DNA of 64,000 nucleotides from positions 2,952-66,951 of the IMG/VR virus record IMGVR_UViG_3300046777_001438; one strand, written 5' to 3'. This DNA is from a virus. Under the pieces are notes generated by a model, which was given only the letters and a program-made list of their open reading frames with translations, was not told where the DNA came from and did not search any database. Of the stretch, positions 52,450-61,366 are shown one piece after another (within the stretch, counting starts at the first letter, position 1; every line of letters begins with the position of its first letter). The translations under genes and the position numbers were made by a program.

Positions 52450-52659
52450 ATGTATATAGGGCATTATAAATCTGTTAATTCATCAAACGAATTTTTTTCT
52501 GAAAAAAGAAATGAATTAGATTTTCCAACTCAAGTTGAGTACAAAGGCGTACGCTACCTGCTAAAGGCAACCCATATTGTTTCTAGTAAAAGTCAAGAAA
52601 AAAATGTGATGTCTATGGCCAAAAAACACGATATACCATTTAACATTAAAGTAGATTAA
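52450..52659 (+). CDS. Hypothetical protein
   Basis: AAGGAG RBS; 69 aa. Confidence 0.6.
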   Translation: MYIGHYKSVNSSNEFFSEKRNELDFPTQVEYKGVRYLLKATHIVSSKSQEKNVMSMAKKHDIPFNIKVD

Positions 52660-53093
52660 TGAACATCGAAGTATTTTGCGACGGCGCCTCTAGAGGGCAG
52701 GGCCAAAAAAAGATAGGCGAAGCAGCGTGTGCTACTGTTGTTTATAAAAACAAAAAGAAAGTAGTGCAATTTGCAAGAGGCTTAGGCGCAAGAACCAATA
52801 ACGAAGCTGAATATGAGGCTGTAATAACAGCCCTACTTATATGTATAATGTCTGATTTTATAGATCCAATTATCTATACTGATTCAGCTGTTGTGGCAAA
52901 TCAAGTTAATAAAAAATGGAAGTGCAAGAACTTATCGCTCATGCCACTTCTAATGACCATAGAAGAGATACAATCAGAATACAGATTCAGATTAATACAG
53001 GTCCCAAGAAACTTGGTCTGGGAACCAGACTATTTGGCAAATCAATTTTTGGATCAATTGCAAGTACGAAAAGATTCCGACCTAGATAAGTGA
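52659..53093 (+). CDS. rnhA: Ribonuclease HI
   Basis: FCDGASRG, TNNEAEY, YTDS and DYLAN motifs. Confidence 0.9.
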   Translation: MNIEVFCDGASRGQGQKKIGEAACATVVYKNKKKVVQFARGLGARTNNEAEYEAVITALLICIMSDFIDPIIYTDSAVVANQVNKKWKCKNLSLMPLLMTIEEIQSEYRFRLIQVPRNLVWEPDYLANQFLDQLQVRKDSDLDK

Positions 53094-53099
53094 TACAAT
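53091..53099 (+). promoter_or_regulatory. Extended -10 promoter for leaderless dNMP kinase
   Basis: TGATACAAT followed by 7 nt and the ATG. Confidence 0.55.
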
Positions 53100-53106
53100 A
53101 ATAGCC

Positions 53107-53898
53107 ATGACAAATAACAAGATTAAAAACGGTCAACCAATTATATTAGGACTTGCTGGAAAAGCTGGGTCAGGAAAGACTACTGTAGCTGAGCAAATTG
53201 TCCCAAAGGGTGCTATTGAATCCAGCCAAGGTTCTATTAAGTGGGATCACATCTTCTACGCTCTTCCGCTTTATGAAATGGCTTCAATTAAGAAAAACAT
53301 TGTTGGCCATAATGAGAAGTCAAGAAAGCTTTACGCACTACATGAAACTCTTTTTGATGTGTATGGAGGATCTGCGATAGGAAATATTCCTAGTTATGAA
53401 GTCTTGGTTGAAAAAGTAAAGCAAATATACGGAATGCCCATAGAGCCAGAAGGCATTAAGCCAAGAAAGTTTTTACAAAATGCTGGAGATATATGTCGAG
53501 ACTTTGATCCAAATTGTTTTGCCAACTGGGCAATAATTAAAGCCAATAAATTGTACAGACAGTTCGCAAAGCAAAATGAAGACGCTGACTATGAATCAAA
53601 TTTTGGTGTGATTATTTCTGATGTTCGTTATGCCAATGAGGCTAAGAGTATATTGAAGCAACCAAATGGTTTTGTTTTAGTATTCGATGCAGAAGAGGAA
53701 ACCCTAAACAACAGAATACTTAAAAGAGACGGCAAGCTAATGTCAGAAGATGAGTCATCACATTCTTCAGAAAGTCAGATAGAAGAAATAAAAAATATAG
53801 CATCTGCTGTTATAAAAACAGATTTAATGTCAATTGAAGATCAAGCACTAGAAACAATAAACTACATCAATTCAATGAAAGAAGCAATCAATGCCTAA
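53107..53898 (+). CDS. Deoxynucleoside monophosphate kinase
   Basis: GKAGSGKTT, RKFLQ..G, ISDVRYANE and HSSE motifs. Confidence 0.85.
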   Translation: MTNNKIKNGQPIILGLAGKAGSGKTTVAEQIVPKGAIESSQGSIKWDHIFYALPLYEMASIKKNIVGHNEKSRKLYALHETLFDVYGGSAIGNIPSYEVLVEKVKQIYGMPIEPEGIKPRKFLQNAGDICRDFDPNCFANWAIIKANKLYRQFAKQNEDADYESNFGVIISDVRYANEAKSILKQPNGFVLVFDAEEETLNNRILKRDGKLMSEDESSHSSESQIEEIKNIASAVIKTDLMSIEDQALETINYINSMKEAINA

Positions 53899-54211
53899 GA
53901 TAACCAAAAATGCACTAGAAGAATCAAACGGATCACCGATTGATCAAGCCGTCTCTAGCCTAGCTGGAGAGATATCTCTTTCTAGTAGTCCAATTTTTAT
54001 ATGCGGAGTAAATAGAAAAATAAACATTGGCAATTTTGAAAACGTAGACGTTTACGCTGGGATCACCATCCCCTTAGACGGCATAAATCCGTTGGATCGA
54101 GAGGCCTTTTCAGAGGCGGTTAAGGATGCGGCAGCCTATGGTTTTTCCTTAGTTTCCAAGGAAACGGGCGAAAGATACATGCTTATTAAAGAGGCCCAGC
54201 AGGCAAAGTAA
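53891..54211 (+). CDS. Hypothetical protein
   Basis: 106 aa; RKINIGNFEN motif. Confidence 0.6.
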   Translation: MPKITKNALEESNGSPIDQAVSSLAGEISLSSSPIFICGVNRKINIGNFENVDVYAGITIPLDGINPLDREAFSEAVKDAAAYGFSLVSKETGERYMLIKEAQQAK

Positions 54212-54284
54212 TTAAGTTGCTGACTTGCAAGTGTACTATTATACATATATAATATAAATCCAATAATTAAAACAGAGGTAAAAA

Positions 54285-54578
54285 ATGTTCAAGAAAATAG
54301 CCAGTAAAATAAAATCAGTTCTTTTTAAGGCGCAAAAGATCGATGCAAGTAGCCCAGTAGCTAAGGCTCAGGCTAAGTTGATTGACCAAATCGCTGATCA
54401 AGCAGAGGCTGTTGCAGAAATTGCTGCAGAGGCTGCTGAGAACATCGTAAAAGATGCTAAAAAAGAAGTAGCCAAAGCTGTTAAGGACGCTTCAAAAGCT
54501 ACCAAGAAGCCTTCGGCAAAGAAAGCTACTCAGTCTACTGGAGCTAAAAAAGGTCGTCCAAAAAAGACCACTAAGTAA
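54285..54578 (+). CDS. Ala/Lys-rich histone-H1-like protein
   Basis: C-terminal KATKKPSAKK...KKGRPKK (AT-hook-like GRP). Confidence 0.6.
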   Translation: MFKKIASKIKSVLFKAQKIDASSPVAKAQAKLIDQIADQAEAVAEIAAEAAENIVKDAKKEVAKAVKDASKATKKPSAKKATQSTGAKKGRPKKTTK

Positions 54579-54593
54579 CTTGCTCTAGTTACT

Positions 54594-54722
54594 ATGTCCT
54601 TAGCTAAATTTAGGAAAGTATCTAAAGGTGGGGTGTCACCCAAGAAACAATTGGGTGCACCACCAGATTTTAGAGTTAAACAAGATCCTGAAACGAAAGA
54701 CAAAAAAAATGGCCAGAATTAA
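54594..54722 (+). CDS. Small basic protein (42 aa)
   Basis: MSLAKFRKVSKGG...; fills the gap in a tandem cluster. Confidence 0.4.
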   Translation: MSLAKFRKVSKGGVSPKKQLGAPPDFRVKQDPETKDKKNGQN

Positions 54723-54804
54723 ATCGGTTTTTACCAAAATGGTTTGGGGTGCAATCTTTAAGTTGCATGATTTCGTAGACGCTTTGGAAAAAAGGAAAAA
54801 GTAA
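54709..54804 (+). CDS. Small basic protein (31 aa)
   Basis: MARIKSVFTKMVWG...KRKK; tiles with neighbouring genes. Confidence 0.4.
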   Translation: MARIKSVFTKMVWGAIFKLHDFVDALEKRKK

Positions 54805-54805
54805 A

Positions 54806-54946
54806 ATGGCTATCAAAAGGTTTACATATGTTTCTGGCCCAAGGATGGGTACTAATAATTATATGTACGGACTTGAATTGAAGAGCGCACCAAAGCCTCG
54901 AAAGTCACCTAAGGTAAATAGCAAAAAAGGGAAAAGGAAAAAGTAA
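54806..54946 (+). CDS. Small basic protein (46 aa)
   Basis: MAIKRFTYVSGPRMG...KKGKRKK; AAGGA RBS; TAATG-coupled. Confidence 0.55.
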   Translation: MAIKRFTYVSGPRMGTNNYMYGLELKSAPKPRKSPKVNSKKGKRKK

Positions 54947-55248
54947 TGGCAAAATCACCAGCTTGGCAAACGAAAGCCGGTAAGAATCCCAAGGGCGGTC
55001 TCAACGCCAAGGGACGCGCCTCAGCAAAGAGGCAGGGGATGAACTTAAAGGCGCCAGTAAAAAAGGGCGATAACCCAAGACGAGCATCATTTCTTGCCAG
55101 GATGGGCAACATGCCAGGTCCTGAAAGAAAACCAAACGGAGAACCAACAAGACTATTGCTTTCGCTCAAGGCTTGGGGTGCATCTTCCAAAGCAGATGCT
55201 AAGAAAAAAGCTGCTGCAATTTCAAAAAGAAATAAGGGGAAGAAATAA
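54946..55248 (+). CDS. Basic phage protein (DUF6321-like)
   Basis: MAKSPAWQTKAGKNPKGGLNAKGRAS...RRASFLARM; family assigned from memory. Confidence 0.65.
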   Translation: MAKSPAWQTKAGKNPKGGLNAKGRASAKRQGMNLKAPVKKGDNPRRASFLARMGNMPGPERKPNGEPTRLLLSLKAWGASSKADAKKKAAAISKRNKGKK

Positions 55249-55249
55249 A

Positions 55250-55426
55250 ATGGCCAAGGTAAATAAACCGACAAAACCAGCCTTGTGGTCCTCTGCAAAG
55301 TCTCAGGCAAAAGCAAAGTTTGATGTCTATCCTTCAGCATATGCTAATGCATGGGCTGCCAAAAAGTATAAGTCAATGGGCGGCACATGGAAAACTGTAA
55401 GTACAAAAAAAAGCAAAAAGAAGTAA
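55250..55426 (+). CDS. Basic phage protein (DUF5872-like, N-terminal part)
   Basis: YPSAYANAWAAKKYKSMGGTW. Confidence 0.6.
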   Translation: MAKVNKPTKPALWSSAKSQAKAKFDVYPSAYANAWAAKKYKSMGGTWKTVSTKKSKKK

Positions 55427-55429
55427 GCA

Positions 55430-55732
55430 ATGCCAGGACCAAAAGGGGTTGGACTAACTAAGTGGTTTAACCAAAAATGGGTTAACATTGGTGCTCCAAA
55501 AAAGAATGGCAAATATCAACCATGCGGGACATCAGGCGCAGGTGGTTCTGGATATGCTAAATGTGTACCGGTAGCTAAGGCTAGGTCGATGTCTGCTGCG
55601 CAAAAGAAAAGCGCAGTGCAAAGAAAAAGAAGCTCTGGTACCCCACAAAAAGGTGTTAAGGGACAGTCACCTAAAAATGTTTCAACCTTTACTAAAAGAT
55701 CTAGTAAGACAACAAGCAAAAAAAACAAATAG
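55430..55732 (+). CDS. Basic phage protein (DUF5872-like, C-terminal part)
   Basis: GLTKWFNQKWV...CG...YAKCVP...MSAAQKKSAVQRKR. Confidence 0.6.
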   Translation: MPGPKGVGLTKWFNQKWVNIGAPKKNGKYQPCGTSGAGGSGYAKCVPVAKARSMSAAQKKSAVQRKRSSGTPQKGVKGQSPKNVSTFTKRSSKTTSKKNK

Positions 55733-55741
55733 GAGAATAAA

Positions 55742-55894
55742 ATGGCAATGAAAAAAGCAGCAAAGAAATCAGCAAAAATGCCGATGAAGAAGACAATGAA
55801 AAAATCAGGATCAGATATGGAAATGACTGCAGCACAAAAGAAGTTACCTCCATTTATCCAAGCAGCAATTGCTAAGAAAAAGAAGAAGAAGTAA
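55742..55894 (+). CDS. Small Lys/Met-rich protein (50 aa)
   Basis: AGGAG RBS; MAMKKAAKKS...QKKLPPFIQAAIAKKKKKK. Confidence 0.65.
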   Translation: MAMKKAAKKSAKMPMKKTMKKSGSDMEMTAAQKKLPPFIQAAIAKKKKKK

Positions 55895-55917
55895 AAAATT
55901 TAAAGGTGTAATTAAAT

Positions 55918-56025
55918 ATGTCAAAATATATACAAAACGTAGCTTCTTTAAAGAAAGAAGAGCCAACCAAAAAGAAAAAGGCAGCTAAGAAAACAGCTAC
56001 AAAAAAAGCATCCAGAGATAAGTAA
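55918..56025 (+). CDS. Small Lys-rich protein (35 aa)
   Basis: AGGTG RBS; MSKYIQNVASL...KKKKAAKKTATKK. Confidence 0.55.
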   Translation: MSKYIQNVASLKKEEPTKKKKAAKKTATKKASRDK

Positions 56026-56027
56026 AT

Positions 56028-56068
56028 TGCAAAAGCCCCTCCAGATTTATAATGGCGGGGTTTTTGTA
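56028..56068 (+). terminator. Intrinsic terminator after the basic-protein cluster
   Basis: AAAAGCCCCTCCA...TGGCGGGGTTTTT imperfect stem with a T-tract. Confidence 0.6.
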
Positions 56069-56165
56069 TGTTATAATATATGGTGAAATTTTTCATTAAA
56101 ATTATAATTATTTAGCAAATAAAAGTTACTAATATATCAGACCTTCTAGAAGACAGGAAACAACT

Positions 56166-56927
56166 ATGAGCAAAGTTGCGTGGGATTATATTGTTCCAGT
56201 TAAATTGCCGGCAGATCTAAAGGGGATTGAGCCAGGAAAGCTTCCAGCTCACCTTTTGCGCCCGATTGAAGCAGGTGGCAAGATGCATTGGCTAGCTGCA
56301 GCAGCATATAATGCAATGGATGAAGCTGCAAAAGCAGAAGGCATTGAACTAAAGCCGACTTCAGCAGGTGACACATATCGTAGTTACGAAAGCCAACTCG
56401 CTGGTTTTAAGCAGAGATATCAGCTTGAGCCAGTAGCCGGAACAAGTACAAAAACATTTGAAGGCAAGACTTGGTATCTCAAGAAAGGTATGGCTATGCT
56501 CGCCACACCTGGTAAGAGTCAGCACAATTTGGGATTGGCCGTTGACATTGCTAATGCATCAGAACCAAAGCGCCTTAATTGGATGATTGCAAATGTAAAG
56601 AAATTTGGTTTTTCATGGGAGGTTGTTCCTTCCGAGCCATGGCATCTTCGTTATGTAGATGGCGATACCCCACCTGCCGCAGTTGCAGAGTGGATGGCAA
56701 AGAACAATTGGGCAAAGCCAGCCGGCAGTCCTGCTCCTGCAGCAGGTGGTGGAGACGATATCAGCAAGCTACAAGAGGCACTAAAAGCAAAAGGCTTTTA
56801 CAAGGGCAATATCAATGGGCAAAAAGATGCTGCCACAGATGCAGCAATTAAAGCTTTTAAGATTGCAAACAAGCTGCCTGCTGACTCAGTTGCTGGTCCT
56901 AAAGTAAAAGAATTGCTTGGCCTATAA
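56166..56927 (+). CDS. Endolysin: M15B/VanY-like peptidase plus C-terminal peptidoglycan-binding domain
   Basis: YRSYESQ, PGKSQHNLGLAVD and EPWHLRY motifs; LQEAL...AAIKAFK...VAGPK. Confidence 0.88.
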   Translation: MSKVAWDYIVPVKLPADLKGIEPGKLPAHLLRPIEAGGKMHWLAAAAYNAMDEAAKAEGIELKPTSAGDTYRSYESQLAGFKQRYQLEPVAGTSTKTFEGKTWYLKKGMAMLATPGKSQHNLGLAVDIANASEPKRLNWMIANVKKFGFSWEVVPSEPWHLRYVDGDTPPAAVAEWMAKNNWAKPAGSPAPAAGGGDDISKLQEALKAKGFYKGNINGQKDAATDAAIKAFKIANKLPADSVAGPKVKELLGL

Positions 56928-57199
56928 TGGAAGGCGTATGGGCCGCTACTGTCACTGGAGCATTTGGTATATTAATGCTCTTGATAGAAAAGGGGCGTCG
57001 CGAAAATGTTAGAGATCATGGCTTTGTAAAAGAGCGTCTTGACTTATTGAAAGAAGACATTGCTGATATAGATGCAGACATATCCATCATTGAGCACAAA
57101 TTAGATTCTCATATTAACGACCATGCGCAGATGACAATGATTGATTTTAAACCAAACAAAATTAAAAAGGAAATAGTAAATGGCCGCAAAAAAAGATAA
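56927..57199 (+). CDS. Putative holin / lysis accessory protein
   Basis: One N-terminal TM segment plus coiled coil; TAATG-coupled to the endolysin. Confidence 0.55.
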   Translation: MEGVWAATVTGAFGILMLLIEKGRRENVRDHGFVKERLDLLKEDIADIDADISIIEHKLDSHINDHAQMTMIDFKPNKIKKEIVNGRKKR

Positions 57200-57386
57200 G
57201 AAGTGGATTCAAGGCGCGATCAAAAGACCAGGTGCTTTTACTGCAAAAGCTAAAAAAGCTGGCAAATCAGTTCCGGGAATGGTTGCAGCAGTAACTAAAA
57301 ACCCAGGCAAATATAGTCCTCTTACTGTAAAACAAGCAAACTTGGCTAAGACACTTAGAAAAATAAGCAAAAAGAAAAAGAAATAA
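57180..57386 (+). CDS. Small basic phage protein
   Basis: KWIQGAIKRPGAF...LAKTLRK. Confidence 0.65.
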   Translation: MAAKKDKKWIQGAIKRPGAFTAKAKKAGKSVPGMVAAVTKNPGKYSPLTVKQANLAKTLRKISKKKKK

Positions 57387-57388
57387 CC

Positions 57389-57604
57389 ATGAATTGCACG
57401 AATAGAAATCACCATGTTTTAAATGAAGAACCATGCGCTTCACATAATGAAGGGCACAACTGCAGACACGATGGAGAAAACAGGGGCAATCACCCAGACA
57501 CTCACTATCACTTCAACAAAATGGCAGTCAAGGGTTGGTTTTTAAACTGTGTTTATTTTGGCCTTCATGCTGTAGAAATATATCTTATACTTAAGTTAGT
57601 GTGA
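57389..57604 (+). CDS. His/Cys-rich small protein with a C-terminal hydrophobic helix
   Basis: His- and Cys-rich N-half; WFLNCVYFGLHAVEIYLILKLV tail. Confidence 0.5.
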   Translation: MNCTNRNHHVLNEEPCASHNEGHNCRHDGENRGNHPDTHYHFNKMAVKGWFLNCVYFGLHAVEIYLILKLV

Positions 57605-57624
57605 TAAATAAGCAACCTTTATAG

Positions 57625-57633
57625 TGCTATACT
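57625..57633 (+). promoter_or_regulatory. Extended -10 promoter for leaderless TauD-like gene
   Basis: TGCTATACT followed by 6 nt and the ATG. Confidence 0.6.
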
Positions 57634-57639
57634 GTATAT

Positions 57640-58428
57640 ATGTCTGAGTTTGGAAAAGTATATACAGATAAATCTTATAAACAAATTTGGGATGAATCAG
57701 AAAAGCTTTATGCAGATCTTTTAGAGTATAAGGTTTTAATTTTTAAGAATGTGGAAACAACATTCGAAGATCAATTAAAGTTGATTGAACATTTTTACCC
57801 TAATTCAAATCACCTTAGGATCTTAAAAGACGTTGATCATAAACCGTTGTTTGAACTATTCGAGAGAACTGGCGAACCATTTCCAGATGAAGGGCATCAC
57901 TTTATGCGTTGGCATACTGATGATTCTTGGCTTGAAGAAGTAGTTGACATAAACTGCATCCATATGCACCACCTAATGCCAGGTTCAAAGGGTGGACAAA
58001 CTAGATTCGTAGATTTGGAAAAAATTTATACACTATTAGATGAAGACAGTTTAAGTTTTATCAAAAATATAAAAGTTAAAAACTGGAATGCAGATGATCC
58101 AAATGATCCTCTTTATAGGGAAAACATTGTTCCATATGAACATCCGACCATAAGAATCCACCCAGAAACAGATAGAATTTCAGTTTATTACCCTGGTCTC
58201 ACCACTGTTAGTAAAGATAATGATAAATGGATGAATTATCTAAAGCTACTTAGAAGTCTTTTTGAGGATCATACAAACGGCCTACAATTAAATTGGTCTG
58301 AAAATGATCTAGTTATATGGGACAACCGATGTACAGCTCACTGCCTAATGGGTGGATTTGAGCTTGGAACTAGAAAGTTTAATAAGATTGAGATAGGGAA
58401 GTCGAAACCTTTTTATGACGGAAGATAA
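57640..58428 (+). CDS. TauD/TfdA-family Fe(II)/2-oxoglutarate dioxygenase
   Basis: WHTD, GGQTRFVD, HP.IRIHPET and WDNRCTAH motifs. Confidence 0.9.
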   Translation: MSEFGKVYTDKSYKQIWDESEKLYADLLEYKVLIFKNVETTFEDQLKLIEHFYPNSNHLRILKDVDHKPLFELFERTGEPFPDEGHHFMRWHTDDSWLEEVVDINCIHMHHLMPGSKGGQTRFVDLEKIYTLLDEDSLSFIKNIKVKNWNADDPNDPLYRENIVPYEHPTIRIHPETDRISVYYPGLTTVSKDNDKWMNYLKLLRSLFEDHTNGLQLNWSENDLVIWDNRCTAHCLMGGFELGTRKFNKIEIGKSKPFYDGR

Positions 58429-58621
58429 CTTCTTTAGCGGCTTCATGCCCATGGTTTCAAATGTAACGATTGGCCAGCGAACCACGATGCTAAATACTGA
58501 AGGCGATCTTGTAGAAGCTCATTCTATTTCTATAAAGGTTGTTGAAGGAACTGAATATGTTTTTTCAATAACTACTGAAAATTTAATGAAGTTGTATTTC
58601 CTAATACCTAAAGCTTTATGA
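58415..58621 (+). CDS. Hypothetical protein
   Basis: 68-aa ORF tiling the region. Confidence 0.5.
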   Translation: MTEDNFFSGFMPMVSNVTIGQRTTMLNTEGDLVEAHSISIKVVEGTEYVFSITTENLMKLYFLIPKAL

Positions 58622-58627
58622 TATAAT
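58619..58627 (+). promoter_or_regulatory. Extended -10 promoter for leaderless dioxygenase
   Basis: TGATATAAT followed by 7 nt and the ATG. Confidence 0.6.
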
Positions 58628-58634
58628 TTTTGTT

Positions 58635-59411
58635 ATGGGTATAATCCTTTTTAAAGATGTTGAGATTGGGCACGTGCCTAAAACACCGGCTACTCCCTTT
58701 CCTTCTTCAGTCGCAGAAAATTCCTCAAAGATAGCTGCAGAAACTTTGCTCAAGTACGCTCACGAATTTGGGCATCCAGTTTCATATATCCAAGAGCAGC
58801 AAGGCCAACTAATACAAAATATAGTTCCAGTTCATAAGACCGAAAGTCAGCAAATTTCTACATCTTCTAAGGTTGAACTTGCGCTGCATACCGAAACAGC
58901 ATTCCACCCATATAAGCCAGACTACGTTATGCTGCTGTGTTTAAGAGGCGATCCAATGGCTGTTACAACGTATGCCAGTCTATCTGACATATTAAAGCAT
59001 GTGAGTACAGCAAGTAAACATATGCTCATGGAAAAAATGTTTACAACAGGAATAGATCTTAGCTTCAGAACAAATGGGGAAGAAGATAAGGAAATACCAA
59101 TTTCTATAATTAGCAAGGCTGCTAATGGTAGACTTACTTTTACCTATGATGTAACAGTTGTTAAGGGTGAAGGTTGGATTGCTAAAGAACTTTTAGAAGA
59201 GGTTCAGTGGGCAATTGAGCAATGCACGCAAGAGATTGTATTGCAGACCGGTGATCTTTTAGTTATAGACAATAGCAATACCATCCATGGTCGTAAACCA
59301 TTTCAGGCTAGATATGATGGCACAGACAGATGGGTGCAAAGAGTCTTGGTAAGAAAAGAACTGCCACCAGCTGACCAAATTGATGGCCATATCATAACTA
59401 CAAAGTTCTAA
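58635..59411 (+). CDS. Clavaminate synthase/AsnO-like Fe(II)/2-oxoglutarate oxygenase
   Basis: LHTETAFHP, PDYVMLLCLR and IDN...HGRKPF.ARYDGTDRW motifs. Confidence 0.88.
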   Translation: MGIILFKDVEIGHVPKTPATPFPSSVAENSSKIAAETLLKYAHEFGHPVSYIQEQQGQLIQNIVPVHKTESQQISTSSKVELALHTETAFHPYKPDYVMLLCLRGDPMAVTTYASLSDILKHVSTASKHMLMEKMFTTGIDLSFRTNGEEDKEIPISIISKAANGRLTFTYDVTVVKGEGWIAKELLEEVQWAIEQCTQEIVLQTGDLLVIDNSNTIHGRKPFQARYDGTDRWVQRVLVRKELPPADQIDGHIITTKF

Positions 59412-59414
59412 ACT

Positions 59415-60083
59415 ATGTTGCAAAGAAACCTATACTCATTTTGGGTTGGACACAACAACCCCACCATGAATCAAAATAGACTCAACGGTCTTGAATCTAT
59501 AAAAATCAATTCAAAGGTTAATCACGTGCTTATAACGGACGATATCCTTTCCAGTTATGTGGTTGATAATCACCCATTACACGAAGGGTATCAATATCTT
59601 TCCGATGTTCATAAGGCAGATTATCTAAGAACATACTTTATGCACCACCATGGTGGAGGGTATACAGATATCAAACCATGTTCATGGGATTGGAATCCAT
59701 ATTTTAGTCAGCTGGAAGCATCTGATGCTTTTGGCATTGGTGCACCGGAAGACGAATTCGAACTAAGTGTTACTCCAAAACAAAGACCTTGGCTTGGGCA
59801 ACATTGGGACAAATTGATGACCAATGATTTATATATATTCAAGCCAAATACTGAATTTACAACCTTGTGGTACAATACTTTATTGGAAGTAATGGACAAA
59901 AAGTTAGATAGATTGAAGGCTTATCCAGCAAAAAACTCAAGAGAAGCAGCGGACACTTTTGTCACTAAATACCCCATTCAATGGGGGGAAATACTATTGG
60001 AAATATTTCATCCCCTGTGCTATAGATATACAGATAAATTAATTAAAACAATGCCGTACCCAATCACACAGAATTATAGGTAA
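59415..60083 (+). CDS. DxD-type glycosyltransferase (GT32 / capsular polysaccharide synthesis-like)
   Basis: HKADYLR...HHGGGYTDI. Confidence 0.75.
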   Translation: MLQRNLYSFWVGHNNPTMNQNRLNGLESIKINSKVNHVLITDDILSSYVVDNHPLHEGYQYLSDVHKADYLRTYFMHHHGGGYTDIKPCSWDWNPYFSQLEASDAFGIGAPEDEFELSVTPKQRPWLGQHWDKLMTNDLYIFKPNTEFTTLWYNTLLEVMDKKLDRLKAYPAKNSREAADTFVTKYPIQWGEILLEIFHPLCYRYTDKLIKTMPYPITQNYR

Positions 60084-60085
60084 AA

Positions 60086-60661
60086 ATGAAACAAGAAAGA
60101 ATACCTAATGGTGAAGGTGTTAAGATTGTAATAGGAACTAGAACTTATTTAGGACCTGATTGGGTGCACGTAGACATAGATCCATTTTACTTACATGCTG
60201 CTGATGGAAAATGTTATGATGTAGATATTGTTTCAGATGCAAGAAACATACCATTGCCAGATGATCATGCAGATATTATTTATAGCTCCGAATGTCTTGA
60301 GCACTTCCCTTGGGGAGAATACAAAGATGCATTAAAAGAATGGTGTAGAATACTTAAGCCTGGCGGCATGATAAGAGTAGAGGTACCAGACTTCCTCAAC
60401 GCATGTAAAAAATTATTGGCTTTAAATTCTCTTGAAGGAGACAGAGCTATGCAACAAATATTTTTTGCTGGGCAAACAAACCGATACGATTTTCATTATG
60501 TTGGCTTAACTAGTAGAATGTTGGTCGATGATTTTCAAAATCTTGGACTTGAGATTATTGATGTTGTTGAAGCAGATGAGTTTGGTTTATTAAAAGTAGA
60601 TGCGGCAAAGAGTGTAGTCGAACAAGATTATATATTAAAAGTAGATGCAAGAAAGTTGTGA
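60086..60661 (+). CDS. SAM-dependent methyltransferase-like protein
   Basis: VDID, DARNIP, LEHF and RILKPGGMIRVEVPD motifs. Confidence 0.8.
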   Translation: MKQERIPNGEGVKIVIGTRTYLGPDWVHVDIDPFYLHAADGKCYDVDIVSDARNIPLPDDHADIIYSSECLEHFPWGEYKDALKEWCRILKPGGMIRVEVPDFLNACKKLLALNSLEGDRAMQQIFFAGQTNRYDFHYVGLTSRMLVDDFQNLGLEIIDVVEADEFGLLKVDAAKSVVEQDYILKVDARKL

Positions 60662-60662
60662 T

Positions 60663-61364
60663 ATGGTAACAGATTGGTTTGGAAATACAGTTATATGTAC
60701 TGCGGTAACTGGTGGGTATGATTACCCAACTAGACAGGTGGTAATACCTGGGGTTGACTATCTGTATTTTACAGATGGCAAATCTATATTTGACATATCT
60801 TTTCCTTGGCAGGTTCATCGTCTGCCAGAATCAGATGATCATCTTGATAATAGAAGAAAATCAAAAAGACCTAAGTTAGACCCTCATTCAATTGAGGTAT
60901 TAAATAAGTATAAATATTTTATTTGGATTGATGGAGAGATAGGCATTTATAACCCTAATTTTGTTCCAGAAATTCTTTCGTATATGAAAAATGGTTTTGT
61001 TGCATCTCCGCATCCTGATGCTTTAGGCAATCCGGGGAGATATTGCGCATACGGAGAAGCAACGATTAGGCCACCAAAGTATGCGAATGAACCGCTAGAT
61101 GCACAGTGTGACTTCTATAGATCAGAAGGATTTCCAGAAGACTATGGCCTGTATGCTTGCGGAGTTTCAGCTAGAGATATGACAAATCCAAAAGTAAAAG
61201 AACTTGGTGCTTTATGGCATCAACAAAACTTGCAATGGTCATATCAGGACCAAGTTAGTTTTCCATATTGCCTTTGGAAAACTGGACTGCAACCAGATGT
61301 TTTACCCAATAGTCTTTACCATATGAATTGGTTAGACCTTAACATACACACGAGAGAAGATTAA
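60663..61364 (+). CDS. DUF616 (TOD1/MUCI70) glycosyltransferase-like protein
   Basis: TAVTGGYD, YFTD, WIDG and DQVSFPY motifs. Confidence 0.8.
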   Translation: MVTDWFGNTVICTAVTGGYDYPTRQVVIPGVDYLYFTDGKSIFDISFPWQVHRLPESDDHLDNRRKSKRPKLDPHSIEVLNKYKYFIWIDGEIGIYNPNFVPEILSYMKNGFVASPHPDALGNPGRYCAYGEATIRPPKYANEPLDAQCDFYRSEGFPEDYGLYACGVSARDMTNPKVKELGALWHQQNLQWSYQDQVSFPYCLWKTGLQPDVLPNSLYHMNWLDLNIHTRED

Positions 61365-61366
61365 TT

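Noticed and set aside
54627-54665. GC-rich hairpin GGTGGGGTGTCACCCAA...TTGGGTGCACCACC as an ncRNA or terminator
   Set aside because: The stem is imperfect, has no adjacent U-tract, and lies inside a plausible small ORF.
7091-60662. ORF-track upstream starts at 7091, 27522, 36303, 43055, 48973, 49214, 50475, 55094 and 60645
   Set aside because: Downstream ATGs with an RBS or stop-start coupling fit better.
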